Shown: one piece after another, positions 35,719 to 46,691 of the stretch
How the letters are laid out: every line of letters starts with the position of its first letter
Numbering within the stretch: position 1 is the first letter of the stretch
Source: Candidatus Cloacimonadales bacterium
Lineage (GTDB): Bacteria; Cloacimonadota; Cloacimonadia; Cloacimonadales; JAIOQZ01
Assembly: GCA_963662655.2 (NCBI GenBank)
Contig: CAXXTU010000002.1
Coordinates: 352,001-416,000, forward strand
Length of the DNA: 64,000 bases
Direction of reading: 5' to 3'
Translations under genes and position numbers: made by a program
Notes under the pieces: model-generated
What the model was told of the DNA's origin: nothing
Seen by the model: the letters and a program-made list of their open reading frames with translations, nothing else
Database searches by the model: none

Positions 35719-38700
35719 TAGATATCAAACCAATCGCGCGGATCATCAAAGCCAGCGCCGGCACTGGAAAGACCTACCGCATCTCCGTCGAATACATCGC
35801 CACGCTGATTCGGATCGGACAGTACACCGGATATGCCCGGCCCGACGTCTTCCGGGAGATTCTGGTCATCACCTTCACGCGCAAGGCGACATCGGAGATC
35901 AGGGAGCGTATTTTCGAGCATCTCGATCTGATAGTGAGGCAAAAAGATGGGTATATTGATCTGATCAATAACCTGAACCTGGAAACGACGCTGGATTCCA
36001 CACAGAGAGAGTTCCTCGCGAGGGTGCTGGATACCATGAAGCAGAACAAGCATCTGCTCATGATCCGTACCATCGATGGTTTCACGCAGATGATCTTTCA
36101 GCAGTTGGTGGCCCCCGCGCTCTATCTGGAGGACTTTACGATCGTGAACGAAAACGATGAGGAAGTCTACCAGAATGTGCTCGAGCGCGTTATCGAGAAT
36201 CCCGAATCCATGCGGATGTTCCGCCAGGTTTTCCAGAAGTACATCCATCGCGGCAAGGACCTCTCGGCCTACAGGAACCTCGTAAAAAGCATACTGGAGA
36301 ATCGCTGGCTCTTCGAAAGGCCCACACTGCTTGAATCGATGGGAAAGACAACGGATCCTCCCGCTTCCTACGAGCTTTACAAACGGGCGTTGATCGGTTT
36401 CTTTAAGGATATCTACGAGAAGGAGGGAAAAGAAGCAATTTCCCTGCTATGCAAGAAAAGGCTAAAGGGCATCTTCGAGGCAAACGGAATCGACCAGGGG
36501 AATCTGGAGGAGGGTTTGCTCGCAGCGCTTCATCACGACGAGCTGCGTATCCACGCTGCCAAGTACGCGCCGGACAACACCTTTTTCAAGAAGCCTAATG
36601 AGATGTATGGCGAGAAATATGTCAGGGAAGTTTATACACACCTTGTGAAAGGCGTTATCGAGGAGGTGCGTAAAGAGGAGGTGGTGGTCAGGGAGATTGC
36701 TGAGATTGTCTTCCGCGAATACGATCACATCAAGATGACATCGCGGGAGTTTACCCACAGCGATATCCTCTGGTACACCTACAGCACGTTGCACCGGGAT
36801 GACCTGGGTTTCATCGATCCCGACAACGGAATGGTGACCAACCTCTTCTACGAGTTCCTCTCGCAGAAAATACGCTATCTTTTCATCGACGAGTTTCAGG
36901 ATACAAGCATCTTGCAGTGGAAGCTGCTGGAGCCTCTTCTGCACGAATACGCAAGTGGTTCCGGCGTGAAGGAATACGGAGGTTTCATCGTGGTGGGCGA
37001 CGAGAAGCAGGCGATCTACGGCTGGCGCGGCGGTGAGCGTGAGCTCCTTGATCGCATTCGGCACGTCTTTCACGGCGTTGAGGAGGAGACGCTCGACATG
37101 AGCTACCGCAGCCAGTCAGTGGTGATCGACTTCGTGAACCGCTATTTCGGGCTCATCAGCAGGTGCCTCGAAGAGTTGGAGTGGGCTTACAACGACGTTC
37201 GCCACCTGCCGAAGAAAACAGCGGGATACGTGCAGGTCGATTTCGACAATTACAGCGCACGCTCCAAGGATGACCCGCGCGAGAAAGCGATGTGCTATCA
37301 GGACTTCGTGAACAAGGTTATCGCTCCCGCCATATCTCCTGAGTCCAAAATGCCGATACCTGCGGGAAGTGCTGCGATCCTGGCGCGATCCAACGCCGAT
37401 CTGAACTCGATTGCGAGAGCCTTGGACGAGGCGGGAATTCCATACATCCATGAATCCAGTGAAGCGCTTTCGGAGCACCGCCTGGTGAAGCCGTTGATCC
37501 ATTTACTGCGCTACCTAGCCTGGTTCGATTACCTCGATCTGCTCATTTTCCTGCGCTCGGACTACATCCAGCTTGATAACGAGCGGCTCAACCGACTCCT
37601 TACGTGGTACAGGAAGCACAAGGATACCCAGGCGGAGCACGATGCCGGATTCTTTACAAACGCGGTTGAATCGATAACCTGCGACGAGCTGAAGAGCCTT
37701 GCCGCGTTCCTGACGAATCATCAAAACCCACAGACGTTGTTTCCGGCGCTGGCGGAAGTTGTGGCGGAATTTGGGTCAACGACCTGGAATCCTGTTGATC
37801 AGCGGAACCTGACGCGTTTCTTGCAGGCGGTGGTGCAGTATGATCAAGCGAAGAGCGATACCGGAACCGGCGTGTATGGATTCTTGAATTACCTCGAGAA
37901 GAACGCAGGTGACGACGGCTTGCGCCAGGTGGGTCTGGATGAAGGCGACGCGATTCGCTTGATGACGATCCACAAGTCGAAGGGATTGCAGTTCGAAACG
38001 ACGTTTGTGTTCATCGACTTTTCGAAGCGCTCCAGCAGCGCGGGTTTGCTTGAGCTGCACGCCTATTATCGGATGTCCGAGGACTCCGCTTCTCCAACGG
38101 AGCTTGTTCTGTGCAACAGCGAGTACGATTCGCTGCTGAAGAACTGCCTGACGGGGGTGAGGGGATTTCCGTACGAAGCGATCGCGAAGATGATGGAGCA
38201 CAGGAAGTATGCAATTTTCGCTGATGAAATCAACGCGCTGTACGTGGCTCTCACGAGAGCGAAGAACAACCTGTTCGTCTACGCTGCCCTGGAGGCGGCG
38301 GATTTCTCGAAGGGGCTCAAGGATGCTGAGAAAGACCCTTACAAGTTCAAGTACCTTTTTGCGCTTCTCCACACCGTTGTTTACCATCCTCTGGATTCCG
38401 GCGAGGATTTCAAGGGGAAGATAACGGTCGATCAGGTAGCGGACGTTGAGGAATCAGCACAGGAGGATCGGCAGATACGGGATGTCATGCGGAGTCTTCA
38501 TTTCAGGAATCTGATCACGGAGCCGGCGGAGGTTGATGAGCAAAAGGCGCACCAGCTCATCCGGTCGCACCGATCGGGGTCGCTTGTAACCGGCGAATTT
38601 GTGCACTTGTACCTTTCGATGATCAAGTATGGGGAAGAAGCGGAATTCGATGCTGCATGGAATACGGTGAATCGCCACTTCGGCGGGATATTCAGTCGTC

Positions 38701-39020
38701 AGGAGATGGAAGCGATCGTTTCGGAGATCGATGTGTGGGTCGAGCAGCATCCAGAGTTGTTTTTATCGCGCTGGACGCGCGTATTCAACGAGATAACGCT
38801 GTACGGCGACGACGGACAGGAATACCGTATCGACCGGCTTCTCATCGACGATGAACGGAAAGAGATTCTTATCGTGGATTACAAGACGGGCGGTATCGCG
38901 GATCCGTGGCAGAAAGAGAAATATGTAGAACTTGTGGGGAAAGCGGAACAGGGGAATTATACTATTCGATTCGAGTATCTGGAAGTGAATATGAGCGGGA
39001 TATCGTTACATGTTAATTAA
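35715..39020 (+). CDS. addA: AddA/RecB-like UvrD helicase-nuclease
   Basis: ASAGTGKT, TFTRKA, IDEFQDTS, VGDEKQAIYGWRGG, TIHKSKGLQF, YVALTRA, RIDRL..IVDYKTG. Confidence 0.9.
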   Translation: MIDIKPIARIIKASAGTGKTYRISVEYIATLIRIGQYTGYARPDVFREILVITFTRKATSEIRERIFEHLDLIVRQKDGYIDLINNLNLETTLDSTQREFLARVLDTMKQNKHLLMIRTIDGFTQMIFQQLVAPALYLEDFTIVNENDEEVYQNVLERVIENPESMRMFRQVFQKYIHRGKDLSAYRNLVKSILENRWLFERPTLLESMGKTTDPPASYELYKRALIGFFKDIYEKEGKEAISLLCKKRLKGIFEANGIDQGNLEEGLLAALHHDELRIHAAKYAPDNTFFKKPNEMYGEKYVREVYTHLVKGVIEEVRKEEVVVREIAEIVFREYDHIKMTSREFTHSDILWYTYSTLHRDDLGFIDPDNGMVTNLFYEFLSQKIRYLFIDEFQDTSILQWKLLEPLLHEYASGSGVKEYGGFIVVGDEKQAIYGWRGGERELLDRIRHVFHGVEEETLDMSYRSQSVVIDFVNRYFGLISRCLEELEWAYNDVRHLPKKTAGYVQVDFDNYSARSKDDPREKAMCYQDFVNKVIAPAISPESKMPIPAGSAAILARSNADLNSIARALDEAGIPYIHESSEALSEHRLVKPLIHLLRYLAWFDYLDLLIFLRSDYIQLDNERLNRLLTWYRKHKDTQAEHDAGFFTNAVESITCDELKSLAAFLTNHQNPQTLFPALAEVVAEFGSTTWNPVDQRNLTRFLQAVVQYDQAKSDTGTGVYGFLNYLEKNAGDDGLRQVGLDEGDAIRLMTIHKSKGLQFETTFVFIDFSKRSSSAGLLELHAYYRMSEDSASPTELVLCNSEYDSLLKNCLTGVRGFPYEAIAKMMEHRKYAIFADEINALYVALTRAKNNLFVYAALEAADFSKGLKDAEKDPYKFKYLFALLHTVVYHPLDSGEDFKGKITVDQVADVEESAQEDRQIRDVMRSLHFRNLITEPAEVDEQKAHQLIRSHRSGSLVTGEFVHLYLSMIKYGEEAEFDAAWNTVNRHFGGIFSRQEMEAIVSEIDVWVEQHPELFLSRWTRVFNEITLYGDDGQEYRIDRLLIDDERKEILIVDYKTGGIADPWQKEKYVELVGKAEQGNYTIRFEYLEVNMSGISLHVN

Positions 39021-39302
39021 TTAATAACGGCGCTGGAAATTGCTTCTCGGGCGAGGAGCTCTTTCGCGTGCACCGTCAACTTTCAGGTTTCTTCCACCGA
39101 ACATGGAATCGTTCAGTGCGGTAATTGCGGCCTGCGCACCCTCATTGTCCATCTCGACAAAACCGTAGCCTTTCTTTTTGCCGGTTTCGCGATCAACAAC
39201 GAGTTTAACAGATTCGACGCTTCCGTATTGACCAAACAGTTCTTCGATTTCTTCTTCGCTAGTTTGGTACGGTAAGTTGCCGACATACAGTTTTTGACTC
39301 AT
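39021..39302 (-). CDS. RRM RNA-binding protein, 93 aa
   Basis: RNP2 LYVGNL and RNP1 KGYGFVEM; AAGGAG RBS before ATG 39302. Confidence 0.95.
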   Translation of the reverse strand: MSQKLYVGNLPYQTSEEEIEELFGQYGSVESVKLVVDRETGKKKGYGFVEMDNEGAQAAITALNDSMFGGRNLKVDGARERAPRPRSNFQRRY

Positions 39303-39709
39303 TCGTAGTCTCCTTGTAGGGTAAGTATCTGGGTGATTCGCAGGATGACTATAGAAAAATTTCATAAGGCAATTGTATGCTTTGCGGCAATTACCGATGA
39401 AAGACTATAGGCTCCTGGAGATCTACGACATCCCGCTTTTCAATGAACTAAGTTGCAATAAATAATAGTGTAAAATCCTGTCTATATTTTTTTTTTATTT
39501 CTTTTGAAATTCTCTTAAGGGTAAGTGCCTTTATTGTCGGATGAGGATGCTTCCAAAACCCGTCGGCGTTACTTTATCGTTGACCTAAAAGCGATATGAT
39601 AGTATATTAGGAATTGAATCATAATATTTTCGCAATGAAACTTACAAGACATGGAGTTTTCACTGTGAAACAGGTCATGAGTATCTTTTTCAGTATATCA
39701 GGAGCTTGA

Positions 39710-40990
39710 ATGAAGACATTTTACATCGAGAGTCTCGGTTGTCCTAAAAATCTTGTGGATAGCGAGCGTTTCACCGACATAGCGCTTCGGTACGGTTACA
39801 CGCGAACATCGGATATCCACGAAGCGGATATGATATTGATCAATACATGTGGCTTCATTCTCGATGCAAAACGCGAATCGATCGATACAATTCTGGAATA
39901 CAACGAGATCAGGAAACCGACGTCGTTCTTCGCCGTAACCGGCTGCCTGGTCAGACGCTATCTGGATGCTTTGCAGTCGGATATTCCGGAGGTCAACGCA
40001 TGGGTGGATCTGAAGGATTTTTCTTCGTTCGAGAGGATTTTCACCGAAGAGACCGAGCTTGAATTGCCCAACCGGCACTTGTTGACGCCTCCTCACTACG
40101 CGTATCTACGTATCAGCGACGGTTGCGAGAACTATTGTACGTATTGCGCGATCCCATCGATCCGGGGGAAGCTGCTCAGCGAGCGTATCGAGGTTCTAGT
40201 CAGAGAAGCAAGGACGCTTGCCGATTCCGGTGTGAAGGAGCTCATCATCACCGCGCAGGATGTTGCACAGTACGGGCTGGATATCTACGGGGAATCGAAG
40301 CTGGTGGAACTCCTTTGGGAGCTGGAGAAGATCGACGGAATTCAGTGGATTCGTCTGATGTACCTTCATCCGGCGCATATTACGAAGAAATTGATTATCG
40401 CGATCTCGGCCATGCCTAAAGTGAACCATTATCTCGATATTCCTTTGCAGCACGTCAGTGATCCTGTTCTCAAGGCGATGAACAGGAAAACAACCAGCGA
40501 ACAGCTCGATCTGCTGATACGACGAATCAGAACCATCATCCCCGATATAGCGATCCGCACGACTTTCATCACAGGATTTCCCGGAGAAACGGTTACCGAC
40601 TTCAAGAAACTGGAGTCGTTTATCCGAGAGAAGCGCTTCGATCGCCTGGGTGTGTTCTCATACTCCGAGGAAGAGGGAACGCCAGCGTCGAATCTGGAAC
40701 CCAAGGTTACACTGAAGACGGCAGAGAAACGCAAGGACGCTCTCATGGAGATTCAGCAGGAGATATCCACAGAATTGCTGGAAGAAAAGGTAGGCAAGCG
40801 GTTGGAAGTGATCATCGATGATTACGCTGAAGACGAGGGATTTCTATACGAGGGAAGAACGCGTCAGGATGCGCCGGAGATCGATGGCGTGGTGTATATC
40901 ACCGCGGGGAAAGCGAAGCCTGGCGATATTGTGACGGTCGAGATTATCGATTCCTGGGAGTACGACCTTGTCGGACGGATTGTTGAGTGA
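39710..40990 (+). CDS. rimO: Ribosomal protein S12 methylthiotransferase
   Basis: SLGCPKNLVDSE, NTCGFI, CENYCTYC.IP, APEIDG TRAM domain. Confidence 0.95.
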   Translation: MKTFYIESLGCPKNLVDSERFTDIALRYGYTRTSDIHEADMILINTCGFILDAKRESIDTILEYNEIRKPTSFFAVTGCLVRRYLDALQSDIPEVNAWVDLKDFSSFERIFTEETELELPNRHLLTPPHYAYLRISDGCENYCTYCAIPSIRGKLLSERIEVLVREARTLADSGVKELIITAQDVAQYGLDIYGESKLVELLWELEKIDGIQWIRLMYLHPAHITKKLIIAISAMPKVNHYLDIPLQHVSDPVLKAMNRKTTSEQLDLLIRRIRTIIPDIAIRTTFITGFPGETVTDFKKLESFIREKRFDRLGVFSYSEEEGTPASNLEPKVTLKTAEKRKDALMEIQQEISTELLEEKVGKRLEVIIDDYAEDEGFLYEGRTRQDAPEIDGVVYITAGKAKPGDIVTVEIIDSWEYDLVGRIVE

Positions 40991-41196
40991 AATGCGTTCG
41001 GGAGAGAAGCGGTCCCCTCGACGATTGAAATGGGATTTGCTGAAGAAACTCACCCGTCATTGATGCAATCAATGCCACCCTCTCTTATACTAAGAGAGGG
41101 GCAGAAGTAGCGCGATGCGCTGCATCGCGGATCATTTTGGGCAAATCCCCTTCCAATCGACGAGCGCCCACCCACCCTGGTTGCGAACGCATTTCA
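40988..41196. repeat. Multibranched palindromic element between convergent genes
   Basis: 13-bp outer stem, 9-bp inner stem and three hairpins of 7, 10 and 8 bp, each with a 3-nt loop. Confidence 0.8.
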
Positions 41197-41241
41197 GAGC
41201 AAGTTCTCGGATTCTTTCAGGAGAAGTGGATTCGATTGAAT

Positions 41242-42015
41242 TTACTTGAGAAGGGATAGCGCCCAGTCGAATACGCCGAGCAATTTGAGGCTTCCCAGCA
41301 CGACTGACACAATCAGAATGAGCCGGATGATTTTCTCGCCTCGTTTAACCGCCGAACGAACGCCAAGCCATGCTCCGATGTAGTTGCCGATCGAGAGAAC
41401 AATACCGAACTTCCACATGATGGTACCGGATATGGCGAAGATGCATACGGAACATACCGTATAGAACAGAACGATGGTAACTTTCAAGGCGTTTGCGCGG
41501 ACCAGATCGAGGTTCTCGATCAGGTTGAGCGATGCCAGCAGAATGAGCCCGACTCCCACCTGAATGAATCCTCCATAAAACCCGATTGCGATGAATATGA
41601 GGCTTTCGATCCACGGCGAGAAGCTTTTTTGCGTATCCTTCATCCTGGGTGGCTTGATCATGAGAATGACGATACCGATGAGGATGATGGCGAGGATGAT
41701 CTCGAAAGTGCGGCTGCTGATATTGACGGCCCACATCGTTCCGAGGAAGGAACCGATAATCGCGGAGAGCAGGATGTGCCAACGACCTTTGATCTCGATG
41801 AGGTTGCGCCTTTTGAAATGGTGAACGCTCGATACGTTTTGTGCGAAGATCGCGATGCGGTTGGTAGCGTTGGCGACATTGGCGTCCATTCCGATAAGGG
41901 TAATCAGGATGGGAAGCACCAGAACGGAACCGCCTCCGGCAAGCGTATTGATAAATCCTGCCAGGCCTCCGGCAAAAAACAGCAAAGTGTATGTGATTAT
42001 TTGATGTTCACCCAT
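41242..42015 (-). CDS. TauE/SafE (TSUP) family membrane transporter
   Basis: AGFINTLAGGG, ANATNR, GFYGGFIQ.G.G, ANALK. Confidence 0.9.
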   Translation of the reverse strand: MGEHQIITYTLLFFAGGLAGFINTLAGGGSVLVLPILITLIGMDANVANATNRIAIFAQNVSSVHHFKRRNLIEIKGRWHILLSAIIGSFLGTMWAVNISSRTFEIILAIILIGIVILMIKPPRMKDTQKSFSPWIESLIFIAIGFYGGFIQVGVGLILLASLNLIENLDLVRANALKVTIVLFYTVCSVCIFAISGTIMWKFGIVLSIGNYIGAWLGVRSAVKRGEKIIRLILIVSVVLGSLKLLGVFDWALSLLK

Positions 42016-42053
42016 GCAATCGAAAAAAAGGAATTAGCTGAAACTGGCAAGAA

Positions 42054-43805
42054 TTATCTCCCTTTGCGCAGGAATACCGGGATCAGGTCGGAGCGTTTGG
42101 CCTGCTTCAGGGCTTCCTGAACGATCTTGCGATTCTCTGGGAGAAACCACTGCAGGAGCGCTTTCATGAGCCTGATTTCCCTGCCTTTTGGTATGTGGAC
42201 TTTCTGATTGGTGGATGGATCGACGCCGGTGAAGTACATGCATGTGCTACGCGTCATGGGTGTCGGGGTAAACTGTTGGATCTGCCTGACGTGCAGGTTG
42301 TTCCTGTTCAGCCAGAGAGCCAGTTCCACGGTGTCCTGAAGCTCTTCTCCCGGATGCCCCGCGATGAGATAGGGCAGGACGTATTGCTTCTTTCCTGCGT
42401 TGCGCGACTGCTCCTCGAAGACCGAGCAGAAGGCGTCGTACGGCTTGTTCCCTGGTTTGTTCATGTGCTTGAGGACGTTGGTCGAACGGTGCTCGGGTGC
42501 GAGCTTCAGGTGTCCGCCGGTGTATTTCTTCGCCAGTTCACCGATGAACCTGCGGTCTTTCAAGGCCAGGTCGAAGCGGATGCCGGAAGCGATGAAGAGG
42601 TTTTTCACGCCCGGAATGTTCGCGGCGCTGTTGAGCAGATTCATATACTCTCGGTGGTCCGTGATCAGAAATGGGCACACATCCGGCACCAGGCACGACG
42701 TGCGCTTGCAGTCGGCAGGGAAACCGCGCTTGCAGGCGAGACCGTACATGTTGGCGGTCGGGCCACCGATGTCGGTGATAGTCCCGCGGAAATGCTTTTC
42801 CTTCGCCAGGTTGCGGATTTCTTCCATGATCGATTCGCTACTGCGTGATCGGATGGCGCGTCCCTGGTGATACGCCAGCGCGCAGAAATTGCATCCGCCG
42901 AAGCAGCCCCGGTGCGCGGTGATAGAGTGCTGTATTTGCTCGAATGCCGGGATCCGCTCACCTTTATATATCGGATGAGGCTGATGGGAAAACGGCAGCC
43001 GGTACAACGCGTCCAGCTCCTCGGTGGCGAGAGGCTCCGAAGGCTGATAGTGCACGAGCTTTCTTCCCGCGAATTCCTGAACGAGGGTGTGCTCCTTGAA
43101 ATGCCTGTCGAATTCCTGAAACAGTTTCAGATAGCCTTCGGGCGATTTCGATTGTTCCCATGTGGGCAGCAATATCCCGTCGATATCCCCATTCGAAGGG
43201 AGCGACACAACCGTTCCCGGTATGCCATCCAGGGAGGTGCCGTTGTGAATGCGCTGCGCGATTTCGATGATCGCTCGCTCGCCCATTCCGTACACCAGGA
43301 TGTCGGCTCGCGCCTCGGGGAGAATGCTGTTGCGCACCTTCTCCGTCCAGTAGTCGTAGTGGGGGATACGTCTCAGTGATGCCTCGATGCCGCCCAGGAC
43401 GATGGGTGCGTCCTTAAAGATTCGCTTGATTGCCTGCGCATACACGATTGTTGCCCTGTCAGGGCGTTTGCCACCGACATTCCCGGGGGTATAGGCGTCG
43501 TCGGAGCGAGGCTTGCGCATGGCCGTGTAGTTCGCCACGAGCGAATCGACATTGCCTGCCGTAACACCGAAGAAGAGTCGCGGCTGCCCGAGCTGCGTAT
43601 AATCGGCATCGTTCTGCGGTTGCGCGACGATTCCGGTACGGAAACCGTGGTGGATCAGCCAGCGTGCCAGCAGCGCTGCGCCGAAGGAGGGATGATCCAC
43701 GTATGCGTCGCCCGAAACGATGATCACGTCGAGCGCGTCCCAGCCGAGCTTGTTCATCTCGGCGCGGGTCATGGGAGGAAATGGAGGCTGCGTTATCTTC
43801 TGCAT
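42054..43805 (-). CDS. ygiQ: YgiQ-family radical SAM protein
   Basis: [53 protein letters not shown]. Confidence 0.93.
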   Translation of the reverse strand: MQKITQPPFPPMTRAEMNKLGWDALDVIIVSGDAYVDHPSFGAALLARWLIHHGFRTGIVAQPQNDADYTQLGQPRLFFGVTAGNVDSLVANYTAMRKPRSDDAYTPGNVGGKRPDRATIVYAQAIKRIFKDAPIVLGGIEASLRRIPHYDYWTEKVRNSILPEARADILVYGMGERAIIEIAQRIHNGTSLDGIPGTVVSLPSNGDIDGILLPTWEQSKSPEGYLKLFQEFDRHFKEHTLVQEFAGRKLVHYQPSEPLATEELDALYRLPFSHQPHPIYKGERIPAFEQIQHSITAHRGCFGGCNFCALAYHQGRAIRSRSSESIMEEIRNLAKEKHFRGTITDIGGPTANMYGLACKRGFPADCKRTSCLVPDVCPFLITDHREYMNLLNSAANIPGVKNLFIASGIRFDLALKDRRFIGELAKKYTGGHLKLAPEHRSTNVLKHMNKPGNKPYDAFCSVFEEQSRNAGKKQYVLPYLIAGHPGEELQDTVELALWLNRNNLHVRQIQQFTPTPMTRSTCMYFTGVDPSTNQKVHIPKGREIRLMKALLQWFLPENRKIVQEALKQAKRSDLIPVFLRKGR

Positions 43806-44056
43806 GGGATTAGAAAAAACGGATGGCCGGAATCGTCAATGAAAATAGAGCATGAGTAATACCAAACGTGAATCAAATCACTTCTTGTGTCTCCTGCCTC
43901 TTTTTGTTTCTCTGAATAGATGAATCACGAGATAGAATACACACGAATGTATAAAAATGGTTTACTTTACGGATTAAGAGAACAATTATACTGGAGAATG
44001 TCGATACACTTGACATATTGCTACTGAAAAGCAAGATTACCAAGGAGGTGTTAATC

Positions 44057-44680
44057 ATGTACAGAATGGACCAACAATATCTCAAAATCAAGTATTTTCG
44101 TTTTAAGCAAGCCCTTGATATAATATGTAAGATATCAGACAATCCTTCAATAATCAAGAGTGTAACAGGTCATGGAGAAACTCCGTATAATAATATTGAT
44201 TGGATGGAGCTTAAGGCCAGTAATAATATTATTTATTTTGTCGCCATTATTTCCGCATTTGAGGAGCTGTTGTCACAAATAATCAGGGAGTGTGGAGAGA
44301 AACATAAGAGAAGCAAATTGAGGAGAAAAAGCATTCGAGAGATAACAGAATTAACGTTTCAGCATCTTGTGCCTGATGGTTTCTTTTGCTCTGAAAGCTG
44401 GAAACTTATTGGTCGGTATTGGCAAATACGAAATGCAATTGTACATAACGGAGCAGATGTTGATCTTGTAAATGATGAAGTAAGAGCGTTTGTGAAGGAT
44501 AGTGAATCATTTAACGAGAAAGTTCGAATCGAAACAACTAATGGTTAAGTAACAAAAGTAACAAGCAGGTTATTTGTTACGGACCATCAATGCTTGATAG
44601 AGTTAATGAAAACAATATCAGAGATAGCTGATATACTAGTTGATAGTATTGTTAAGTGTGAATTTGAGAATAGCAGATAG
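44057..44680 (+). pseudogene. AT-rich HEPN-like protein with an in-frame TAA at 44546-44548
   Basis: AGGAGG RBS; SAFEE and RNAIVH (R-x4-H) motifs; the same frame stays open for 43 more codons to TAG 44678-44680. Confidence 0.55.
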
Positions 44681-44828
44681 TTTGTGCATACTATCATTGA
44701 TCTTCAATAAGCTTCCTGGCGACCAGGAAGCTTCTGTTGATGCGGTAAGGAGGGGGCAGAAGGGAGTTGCTGCTGCCGATCTTCCATCCTGCTTATCTTG
44801 CCAATCCTCCAAATCGTGGTTCAGACAT

Positions 44829-44857
44829 GAAAACGCTCCCGATTTCTCGGGAGCGTT
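44829..44857 (-). terminator. Terminator of the hydrogenase operon
   Basis: 11-bp stem AACGCTCCCGA-GAAA-TCGGGAGCGTT with a short T run. Confidence 0.7.
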
Positions 44858-44884
44858 CATCATATTTTCACTCAACTCAATGGT

Positions 44885-46672
44885 CTAGTGATCTTCGCAT
44901 TTGAAGCTTTCGACAACTTGGCCTTTGAATTTCTCGCGTTTGTAGTAGTGGGTATGAAGCAGCTTGTGCGCCTTGTGCGAACCCGGTTTTTCGAGGAAGT
45001 CCTGATATATCTTGGCGATCATCGGGTTGTGGTGCGAGCAGCGCTTCGGCAGATCACGGTCGTCCTGGTAGAGACTCTGGCCACGGCGAGCGCGCATGGC
45101 GAGGCTGCTACCGAACGGCTGTCCGCCGCCGCCGACGCAACCGCCGGGGCAAGCCATCACTTCGACGAAGTGATATTCGCTCTTGCCGGTTTCGTCGATC
45201 TGCTTCTGGATTTTTTCCATAAGCTTGCGTGCGTTGCCGAGTCCGTGCGCGACAGCGACCTTGAGGGTCAGATCGTCGTTGATCTTCACGGCTGCTTCCT
45301 TGACGCCTTCCATACCGCGGACGGCGGTGATGTTGACATCGGGGAGGTCGTTTCCGGTTACGAGGTAGTACGCGCTACGAAGAGCAGCTTCCATAACACC
45401 GCCGGTTGCGCCGAAGATGGTCGCGGCGCCGGTGTGCTCGGAGAGCTCGAGGCACACGTCATGATGATCAGGAAGATTCGGGAAATCGATACCGGCTTCA
45501 TTGATCATGCGTACCAGTTCACGGGTGGTGAGGACCACGTCGACATCCTGGTAGCCTGAATCAGCCATTTCTTCACGCTGGCACTCGAATTTCTTCGCGG
45601 TACAGGGCATGATGGAAACGGAGAAGATTTTGGAGGGATCGATACCTTTGAGTTCTGCGTAGTAGGTCTTGGCGAGTGCGCCCATCATCTGCTGCGGTGA
45701 TTTCGCGGTGGAAACGTTGCAAGCGAGACGCGGGAAATAGGTTTCCATGAACTTGATCCAGCCCGGTGAGCAGGACGTGATACACGGAAGGTTCTTGGTT
45801 CCGGCGACGATACGTCCGACAACCTCGGTTCCCTCTTCCATGATGGTGAGGTCGGCCGAGAAGTTTGTGTCGAAGATCGAGTCGAATCCGAGCATTTTCA
45901 GCGCGGTGTACATCTTGGCGGTAGTAACGGCGCCAACGCCCATGCCCCATTCTTCACCGAGTGAAGCACGGATGGATGGAGCTTCCTGAACGACAACGTG
46001 CTTCTCGGGATCCAGAAGAGCATCCCATACACGTTCGGTGTCGTCTTTCTCATGAAGCGCGCCCGTCGGGCAGTAAACGGTACACTGACCGCAGTTGACG
46101 CATGCGCTGCTGGCCATTCCCAAGGAGAGAACGGTGTCGACGTGTGCATCGAATCCGCGTTCGGCGAACGTAAGCGCGTTCACGGTCTGAATGTCGTTAC
46201 AAACCTGAATACAGCGACCGCAGTTGATACATTTGTTTACGTCACGGATGATCGAAACGCTGCTGTAATCGACTGGCTTTTTTTCCAGGATTTTCGGGAC
46301 GGCGTTGGGATCGATATCCATGGTGTAGGCGATGCTCTGGAGCTCGCATTTTCCGTTTGCCACACAGGTGGGGCATGCGACGTCGTGGTTCGAGAGGATC
46401 ATCTCGATGACGGTCTTGCGGATGGAGCGCAGCATCTTGCTGTTTGTCTTGATCTTCATTCCGTTCCAAACCGGAGTGCTGCAAGCACGCTTCGGAGTCG
46501 GGGTGCCTTCGATCTCGACAACGCAAACACCGCAGGCGGCGGTGGGCTTCAGATCCTCGTGGTAGCACAAGGTCGGAATATTGATGCCGACTTTCTTTGC
46601 GGCTTCAATGATGGTCGTACCCTGGGGTACTTCCGCCATGATTCCATTTATTTCAACAGTTACATTGCTCAT
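44885..46672 (-). CDS. hydA: [FeFe]-hydrogenase catalytic subunit, group A (HydA/HndD type)
   Basis: N-terminal 2Fe-2S, His-ligated 4Fe-4S and 2x4Fe-4S motifs; H-cluster motifs TSCSPGW, MPCTAKKFE and EVMACPGGCVGGGGQP. Confidence 0.96.
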   Translation of the reverse strand: MSNVTVEINGIMAEVPQGTTIIEAAKKVGINIPTLCYHEDLKPTAACGVCVVEIEGTPTPKRACSTPVWNGMKIKTNSKMLRSIRKTVIEMILSNHDVACPTCVANGKCELQSIAYTMDIDPNAVPKILEKKPVDYSSVSIIRDVNKCINCGRCIQVCNDIQTVNALTFAERGFDAHVDTVLSLGMASSACVNCGQCTVYCPTGALHEKDDTERVWDALLDPEKHVVVQEAPSIRASLGEEWGMGVGAVTTAKMYTALKMLGFDSIFDTNFSADLTIMEEGTEVVGRIVAGTKNLPCITSCSPGWIKFMETYFPRLACNVSTAKSPQQMMGALAKTYYAELKGIDPSKIFSVSIMPCTAKKFECQREEMADSGYQDVDVVLTTRELVRMINEAGIDFPNLPDHHDVCLELSEHTGAATIFGATGGVMEAALRSAYYLVTGNDLPDVNITAVRGMEGVKEAAVKINDDLTLKVAVAHGLGNARKLMEKIQKQIDETGKSEYHFVEVMACPGGCVGGGGQPFGSSLAMRARRGQSLYQDDRDLPKRCSHHNPMIAKIYQDFLEKPGSHKAHKLLHTHYYKREKFKGQVVESFKCEDH

Positions 46673-46691
46673 TGACAATCTCCCTTTGTGG

